64,000 nt of DNA from the NCBI GenBank assembly GCA_039096225.1, contig JBBPEB010000003.1, positions 372,001 through 436,000 on the forward strand. Direction: 5' to 3'. The notes under the pieces were generated by a model. That model saw only the letters and a program-made list of their open reading frames with translations, searched no databases and was not told where the DNA came from. The position numbers and the translations under genes are program-made. Shown here piece after piece: positions 53,617 through 64,000 of this stretch. Within the stretch, counting starts at the first letter, position 1. The number at the start of each line of letters is the position of its first letter. This stretch comes from Blastocystis sp. Blastoise (Eukaryota > Protista > Bigyra: Opalinata).

Positions 53617-55666
53617 TACATAATTAAACGAACAAAATAATAATAATATACATAGTATATTGAGTCATTTATAGCAAACAAAAAAGCTGGCGACAGAATT
53701 TTTTTTCTTAATAACCAGAGATTTATTGAAATTAGGACATCCATGTTCTTTGTTTAAGAACCAGTTAAATATATTTCTTAGTTGGATACCCCCGGTCGCC
53801 ACAAAGACTCTCTTGGTGTAAAAAAATCAAAAAAGATTCATTTTTTTGGAAATAATTTAGGCCCTCAAGGCGTAGAAAAAAACTCTTTTGGAGTCCAGAT
53901 ATTGTTCCAATTCCATTTTGACTAGATCTTTGTAAAACTATGGATAGCTGTAAAGAATTCGTTTTCGAAAAGAATTTCTTTTTTTAATAAAAAAAATATA
54001 TAAACAATTAAAACACGTTATTTATTATTAGTATGTTATTGATTTTATGCTAGACTTATATTAGAGTCATTATTGATATAAAGTTGAAGTTTATTGCATT
54101 GTACCATTTAGTCATGACTCATGCCTATTTGAGTGAAGTGATTTGTTATACTAAAGGATATTTTACAGAACTATAGTATACAACAAATTATTTGATAAAA
54201 CGTATCTGATAAGATGCTAGTAGCATAGTATGTCTAAAATTCCATTAACTAAAAGAAAAATATTATCAGCGATTTGTTTCATATTCTTACTATTCTTATG
54301 GTAGCGTATGAATTGAGACCATTGTAAATTTGGGATATACATAATCTTTGAAAAAATGTATTTCGTTCTTTCCATTTTTAATTTTATAGTACCCTCTAGT
54401 CATACTGTAGTCCTGTTATGATATAGTATCACGTTTTGACGTTTTGAATCTTTCTCTACGTTGACTTGCAAATCAGGATGAATACAACAAAAGATCGTGT
54501 TTATTTGGTTTCGTTTCCCTCAAAAAAGAAAAAGTAAAATAAAAAAATGTCTTAAGAACATATTTTATTTCGAAACCATTTCTTAATTACAACATCAATT
54601 AAATTGATTACATATTAGAAACTTATCCAAATCTTAATTTTATAATAAAAGAGGAATTATCGTGAGATGCAGTTGAATATTACTTAATAATCTTAATATT
54701 TTATTGATATACATATATGTGTCTAGATATTCCTGACTTTATATCATTAACTAATAGATCTTGTACTAATATTTGCTGACGATTATTCTTACATAAAACG
54801 ATAAGATACTCTAATCAATATTTTATTTGAAATATAGAATATGTAACGGAATAATGAACTACAAGTTTCTTGATCATGATATAACGTACTTTACAAATGA
54901 CTATACTATTATCGATCTCTTAATATATTAGGCACGCCATATACATTACAGAGAATGTAAAAATGCATCTATGCTAAAGAACAACAATAATTTACCGAAT
55001 AAATCTATAAATCTCACTAATTTCGATATTCTTTTCTTTTCATAAGATCAGCAGCATGAATTATATCTTCGTCATAAAAGGATAAATAGCGTATTAGTAG
55101 AGAGGCGCATAATGAGCATATTCATTGTAATAATTGACATATATATAATAAAACTCGTTTATATAAGTTTAACGATGATTCAAATATATGGATATTAATT
55201 TATATCAATCACATATATAATAGAAACTTATTTGAGTATAAAAAAAATTTTTTATGCTCCAAAAAATATTATGAATGAATTGTGACTGTAATTTAAAGAT
55301 AAACCGTGGAAATGTTTCAAAGTCTTTTTTGCATTTCTCGTTATATAAGGTCCGCCCAACTGTAGGTGTGGTAAAAATGAATCCCAAGAAAATTAATCTT
55401 TACGCCTTGAGACGACATGAGTATTTGCGAAACTGGCTGTATTGAATCCCAAGAGAATCTTAGTTGTAAACCCTATCTATAAATATTTTAGTGTTCGAAT
55501 AATACCGAGAGAAAAGTTGTTAATAGCGGTAATAATGATAAAGAATAAATAAATATAAATTGTGTTGGATAGATAGAAGCTAATAGATAGAAAGATAAAA
55601 GATAAGGCTAAAGAATAGAATAAGAATAGAATAAGAATAATAGAAATAGGAAAAGAATAAATAGAG

Positions 55667-56375
55667 ATGTCTGATTTTGATTGTGATATATTGAATAGTG
55701 GTTATGTTGCTCCTCCTTATTTGAGTAGTGAATTTATAGATTCTTATGATAAAACAATTGATAATATTCATTTATTATATCCTGATCGAGATAATTCTTA
55801 TTGGAATCCAACAATAGAAGAGAAGAATGGTAAATAGAATATATATAAAAAAATAATAAATAAATAAAATATATAGATTTATCTTCAATATCGATATTAG
55901 AGAGTCATATAAGTCATTCTGAAGAAAAGCGATTTTTGAAAGATAAATAGTAAGAAATAGATATTATATAATATAATAATAATAATAATATATAGTAATG
56001 TATTATTAGTAAAACGTGATGATTTGATGAAAGAAGGTATGTTTTATTATTTATTATTATTATATATATAGAAGAGAGTGATGGTGAGATGGATCCAATT
56101 ATAAGTAATTCTGATAATGTATATATATATATATATAATAATAATGAGAATAATAATAATATATATAGTGTATTGATAATACTATGGATATGATACATCA
56201 ATATGAATGGGAGAATGATGTTATTATTGATGTATATACATATATAAATATATAATAATAATAATATATAGAATGATTCTGAAGAAGAAAAAGATTATTC
56301 AATTCGTATTTATATATATATATATATAATAATAATAATATATAGGAGATTTTATAACAAATGATAATGATAAAG

Positions 56376-56408
<33 letters not shown>

Positions 56409-56506
56409 ATTATTAATAAATATATATAGTGTTATCATTGGGGATATATAAAGAAAGAATCAAGTAAATATTATATAAATATATAAATATAATATATATA
56501 TAGTAG

Positions 56507-56544
<38 letters not shown>

Positions 56545-57531
56545 AATACTTTATTATCTCCTCGTGCTTCGTCAGTATCAACTACAAAGCCTTCTTCTTC
56601 TTCTATTTATATACATACTCCTACTCGATCGATAAGAGGAGTTTTGCCTATAAATGAGAAGATGACGATGTCGATGACGATGTCGATGACACCTCATACA
56701 CCACGTGATATAGAGAATGATAATAATACTAATAATATAATAGATAATAAAGAAGATAATATAGTAGAAGAAGAGATGAATCTTAGTCCTACACTTCAAT
56801 ATCAAGATCAAATATATAATTCTTGTCATCCTTTATGTATTGATGAACCTACTCCTTATTATTTTGGTATATATACTATTTATTATTAATAATAATAATA
56901 ATAATAATTATATAAATAGATTTAAATGATCCTCATTTAATTTTTACTTCTGAACAACCTTCTATTCCTACTACTTCTATATATGCAAATAATAAATATA
57001 AAGTAACAACAAATACAGAACAAATTAATAAAAGTAGAAAGAAAGATGTATATATATATATATATTTATTATTATTATATATATAGAATAATTTAATTCG
57101 AGCTACTCCACCCATGTCAACTCAAACGATTTTAGCTCGTCATTTGAAGTTATTTCCTGTTGATATTCCTCGAAATACTATTACATATCATAAACCAAGA
57201 ATTGATAATATTCATTTTAATCTTAAAGTATATTCTCCAACAATTAATCGAAGTTCTGATTCTATTGAACATTTTCTTAAAGTATATATATAATATATAT
57301 ATATATAATATATAAATAATAATAAATAGAGTATACATAAAGTAGAAGGATTATCAACAAGTACAGATCATATTACAGTTGTATATATATAATATATAAT
57401 ATATATAATATATAATATATATAATAGGTAGAATATTATGAGCCGTTACCTCCTATATTAATGGAAGATGCTATGCCTGCATCAATAATAACATGGTATA
57501 AACCAAAGAATAATGAACAATGTATAGAATA

Positions 57532-57568
<37 letters not shown>

Positions 57569-57725
57569 TATATAAATAGATCAATTACCTGAAGATGAAG
57601 ATGGAACAGTATTTCAATTAGCAAAACATCAAAAACCTCCATTTATGGGTACAATAGAACCAGGAAATAGTTTATTATCAATATGTACTCCTCTTTATAA
57701 TGCTCCTATGTATAAACATGCTGTA

Positions 57726-57762
<37 letters not shown>

Positions 57763-57829
57763 TATATATATAGCAGAATAAGTGTGATTATTTATTAATA
57801 TGGAATACTCAAGAGTAATAATAATAATT

Positions 57830-57864
<35 letters not shown>

Positions 57865-58259
57865 TATATATATAGTATAAATCAAGGTCGTTGTTATTTG
57901 CGTCATTGTCCTGCTGTTCATTTAGCTGGAAAGATAGAGCCAATATATCCCGTAATGAAGCCCTTAAAAGAGCGTGAGAAAGAGGAGACTTCGATGATTT
58001 GGAGAGATTGGAGAGAAGAATATCGTCGATATATGGTACAATCTGTTCTTTATAATGGTATATAATAATAATAATAATATAATAATATATAATAATATAT
58101 ATAAAATAGTACATACATCAGGTCATTCTCTCCAAGTAAATCAATTTGCTGATTTATTTCCTTCTTATTTCTTGGATAGTATGAATCCTTCAGAACATAA
58201 TTTAATAGATGCTATTGATGATAGTAGAGGAAAGATTCGATTAGAAGAACCAAAGTATA

Positions 58260-58319
<60 letters not shown>

Positions 58320-59782
58320 GAGAAGATAAAACATTACCAAGAGTGTATATATATAATATAATATAATAATATATAATAATAGTTTATTATTAAATGATAC
58401 AAAATGTCCTATTCCTCCTCAATCTCTTACACCTGAAGTATGTTGTTCGATGATTTCTGCTACTGTAGGTAAATTCCTTTTAGATAAAGCAGGAATAAGA
58501 GAAATATTAGATATTGATAGTTGTATATAATAATATATAATAATAATAAACATAATATATAATATAATAGATATTCTTCGAAGTAGTGAGGGTTTAACAA
58601 TATTAAAGAAACATTTGAAGAATCGAATGAATTATCTTCAGAAAGGAAGTGCAAATAAAGAGATATCTCGTATAGCTGGTCTTTCTTATGAGTATAATAT
58701 ATAATATATAATAATATATAATATATAATATAATATAATAATATAAAAAATAATATATGATATAAAATAGACATGAATATGAATTATGTAAGAAAGCTTA
58801 TGAGAATATGGGATATGAATGTGAAGTAAGTAAATATATAATAGAGAGAGTAGAACGAACTCCTTGGGAATTAACAAATAATTATTGTAAAGGCATTATA
58901 GAAGGATCATATAGATTAGATCTTTTATGTGAAAAACAAGATTATGTTGATATATTATCAAAATATGGAGAAAATTTTATATATTTTAAAGAACATCAAT
59001 TACGTAGTCGTAAGAATACTTTATTAAAAGATAAAAAGTTAAAAGAAGAGAAGAAAGAGAAATCTAAAGTTCGTCATGTAGATGCGAGTGAAGGAACAGG
59101 TATAGATATGGATATACAGGATGATGATAATGCAAATGATTTAAGAACATTGAGTGTAAGTTTAATGAATAAATTATTACGTAAATATTCTGTGAAAGAG
59201 ACAGATTTGAAGAAGATGACACGATGGGATAAAGTAAAGAAATTAAGGTAATTATTTTATTTAATTAATTATATTTACTTTATATAATAATAATAATAAT
59301 AAATATAACTAATATATATAAATATAGAGAGATGGGTATGCATTATCCTGAAGATGCTGAATTGGCTAAATTTGCTCGATCCTCTCGTGAAACACAGGCA
59401 GAGAAGAATGAGAGATTTAATGAACAAGTATATAATAATAATAATAATAATAATAATATATATATATATATATATATAGTGTAATAGTTTATTTAGTAAA
59501 GAATTGGATATAATTCGAAGTACAGTGATAGTTGATGATGATGATGATGAGAATAATGAAAATTCTAAGTTTAAAGTTGTAGATCACACAAAACTATTTT
59601 ATGGTGATAATATGGGTGTTCGTAATAAGAATTATCAACGTGGAAATCGTAATAAAATGAATGATGATGATGATGATGATGATACAACTGTATTGAATAT
59701 TATTATTATTATTAATATTATTATTATTAATATATATATATATAGAGTATACGATCTACTATATCTCTTATTCCTGAATGTA

Positions 59783-59828
<46 letters not shown>

Positions 59829-60024
59829 TATTTATATAGTATCAGAATCTCAAATGAAAGTAATTATTATTATTATTATTATTATTAAATATAATTATAA
59901 ATATATATATATAGCCAATATCAAATTCTAAAATAGATTCTGTATATATATATATATATTAATAGATATATTAATAGATATATAAATATATTAATATATA
60001 GTTTGAAAGACCTCCTTCAAGATG

Positions 60025-60102
<78 letters not shown>

Positions 60103-60146
60103 TATAGCTGTTCAAGATGTACCACGAGGTCCAAAAGGAAGGTAAA

Positions 60147-60198
<52 letters not shown>

Positions 60199-60523
60199 TA
60201 TATAGACCCTTATTATATCGTCAAACAAAATATAGTTGTGATAAGAGTGAGAATTTTTCTGTAACTGTTACTTATAATAGAAGTCCTTTTTTAATTGAGC
60301 AATTGAAGGTATATATATATATATATTATTATTATTATTATTATTATTAATATAATAATGATTTATATATATAAATATATAGAAGAAACTTGAAGAGAAG
60401 AATGGAAAAGAGAATCCATGTATATAATAATAATAATAATAATAATTATAATAATAACATATATATGAATAGTTTATGTTGAATGTCATCCTTCTAATCA
60501 AGGAAAAGAAAGAGGAAAGAAAG

Positions 60524-60580
<57 letters not shown>

Positions 60581-60644
60581 TATATATATAGATAAATAAA
60601 CGTAATGCAGATGATGTATATATATATATAATAATAATAATATG

Positions 60645-60683
<39 letters not shown>

Positions 60684-61157
60684 TTATATGGATACTCCTC
60701 AGACGCGTCGACGTGACACAGGAAGTATTCGTTTATCAAGCCTTCTAAAAGATGTTCTAGATGTGATGATGAAGACATCTGTAGCGAATGATTTCAAAGT
60801 GATTCCTTTTGATAAAGCTGATTGGGCTGATGCTTATAGATTGAAGATTAAACATATTATTGATCTTAATACTATTCGTAGTCATATCGATCAAGGTAAT
60901 TATACAAGTGAAGATATGTATAATGAATTAATGTTATTATATAATAATACACTTGATTTTAATGGACCCAAAAATGCATTTCCTCATAATATGAAATTAT
61001 TATTATCTATATTCAAAAATGAAATCGAAAAACGAAAATCTGTATATATTATATATTATATATTATATATTATATATTATTTATTATTATTATTATATAT
61101 ATAAAGGAGATAATTCCATTAGATAACAGTGTAAAAGCATCACGAATGAATCATTAA
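55667..61157 (+). CDS. TAF1: TFIID subunit TAF1 with C-terminal bromodomain (very fragmented; start uncertain, may lie near 55380-55420)
   Basis: YHKPR, EYYEPLPPIL, PFMGTIEPG, NAPMYKH, TPEVCCSM, RTPWELT, DLRTLS..LLRKYSV.E..LKKMTRWDKV, KFARSSR; bromodomain AYRLKIKHIIDLNTI..YNNTLDFNG. Confidence 0.9.
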
Positions 61158-61625
61158 ATTATATACTATTCTTTTATTAATTTATTATGATTTCATTTCT
61201 CATTCTATTTATATATTTATTTTTTAAATATTATTTTTTGATTTTTTTATTATATATTAAATTTATTTTTTAATAAGAATAATTATTTATTTTTAATTAT
61301 TAAATAATTTATTAAATCAAAATATTTTCTATCCTTATAATTCAATAGTTATATATTTATTTTTATTATTATTTTTTTGTTATGTATATATATATGATTT
61401 TTTTGAGTATTATCTGATACTATTATATGAAATAAACAAATATTTTCTGTGATGTTCACATAACAAATCATTTATATTTACATAAATCATTTCTACAGAC
61501 TTATATTTTAAAGTTAATTATTCATATGAATAGTTGAACAAAACAATGTTTTATATATTAATAATCATTATATGAATCCAATAATTATAATCTATATATA
61601 TATTTATAGAAGCATATATAATATA

Positions 61626-62743
<1,118 letters not shown>

Positions 62744-62903
62744 TTTCACTTTAGAATTAACCAATTTGAGGTAATAATATAAAAAACAACGAAGTTTGTT
62801 TTTAGAAATTTGTTTTTTATTTCTAGTTGTTTTACTTTTGGTATTTTTCATTATAATCAAGTATTGTGTTCATATACATAAATTACAATTGAAAAAATTA
62901 TAA

Positions 62904-63892
62904 ATGGAAGAATTAAAGAAAGGTGCTACCATTGTATCAAAATTTAAAAGTTCCATACAAGAATCTGAGTTTCTCGAGCCTTTAATAGAAAAAATAAGCA
63001 AAGAATATGTGCTTAGGAATGATTATGATCAACTTCTTGAAGAAACATTTTCTCAAAATCATGTGTAAGTTTTATCAGCCTATTGAATAAGTCATTTTTT
63101 TTAAATATAGAGTTTTTGAAAGAAAATATGAAATAGAAAACGAGTCTATGGAATCAGTACAGTATATAGATGGTACTCTATCTCAAACGAAAAATGATGC
63201 TGATTCTGTAGAACTTGATTCTAATGTTGTTCAACACGATAAGAAGACCATAGTTGTTCCTTTAAATCTACTAAGTGATTCTGATTCAGACTCCACTTCA
63301 TCGGATGATGAAAGAACTGTGCCTTCCGTCGTTGATACAACACGTTCTTCCCTTATGTCTCCTGCTTTTCAGGAGTATGCATTTTTATGTTACTAATAAA
63401 ATTATAATCATTATTTACATAACTATATATATATTATAGTAAACCTCTGAGTATTCCTTCTCAATCTCCTTTTTCTCTTTCTGTATATATATATATATAT
63501 AATATTATAATATAGTATATATATATGTAGAGTATTAATTCTATGGATGCACCATTAGTGACACAGTCATATCACGTGATATTATCCCTATTAAATAACG
63601 ATAATAATAATCTTCAAGATTCTTCTATACCTAAAGAACAACTTATTCAGGTATATATATATATTATTATTATTATTATTCATCAGATACTAAAGTGGTA
63701 TTTTTATGTTATATGCTTAATTGTTATATATATTCATATATATATATTCATATATATATATATATAGGCAATGCATTATTTGTATGAAAAAGCCGTTACA
63801 TTTGTAGAACCACCTCCCTATCAAATTACATCAACTGATAGTGTAGTACCTATGGAGGCATATGATAAAGAAGTTGAATTACAACAACATAT

Positions 63893-63929
<37 letters not shown>

Positions 63930-64000
63930 TAAATATTATAGTTAAATTAATGATTATATATAATAACTTAATATAATAATTAAATATAAAAGTTCACCAT
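62904..64000 (+). CDS. Hypothetical protein, truncated by the window end
   Basis: ATG at 62904 (MEELKKGATIVSKF...) head-to-head with pICln, with successive GT-AG-bounded exons. Confidence 0.65.

Overview
Eukaryotic, extremely AT-rich, gene-dense and intron-rich protist DNA. My best guess, by inference only, is an AT-rich Blastocystis-like stramenopile. Most entries in the supplied ORF track are exon fragments or microsatellite artefacts, so I built spliced gene models by hand. The window holds an apparently intact hAT (Buster/Charlie-like) transposase with one terminal repeat, followed by SMC3, RsmH/METTL15, UBE2K, XRCC3, an SRP (7SL) RNA gene, GET4, a winged-helix-like protein, an FG nucleoporin (Nup58-like), a SQT1/AAMP-like WD40 protein, RAD1, an ABI-like protein, two GT37-like fucosyltransferase paralogs, a 521-bp MITE, a RING+DCD protein, a TTC33-like TPR protein, a PSPH-like HAD phosphatase, TAF1, pICln and several hypothetical genes. 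The most unusual signals concern intron and genome architecture: (i) introns made only of GT(AT)nAG; (ii) a 5'-to-3' gradient of microsatellite invasion inside genes, with repeat-free promoter-side spacers; (iii) a cluster of introns whose GT or AG is replaced by the neighbouring exon's sequence, which is either non-canonical splicing or a polishing artefact; (iv) a frame-independent CCCGCGGG/CACGTG motif family in exons; (v) intron presence/absence differences between near-identical paralogs; and (vi) an extra domain inserted in the transposase. Exon boundaries were read by eye and may be off by a few bases.
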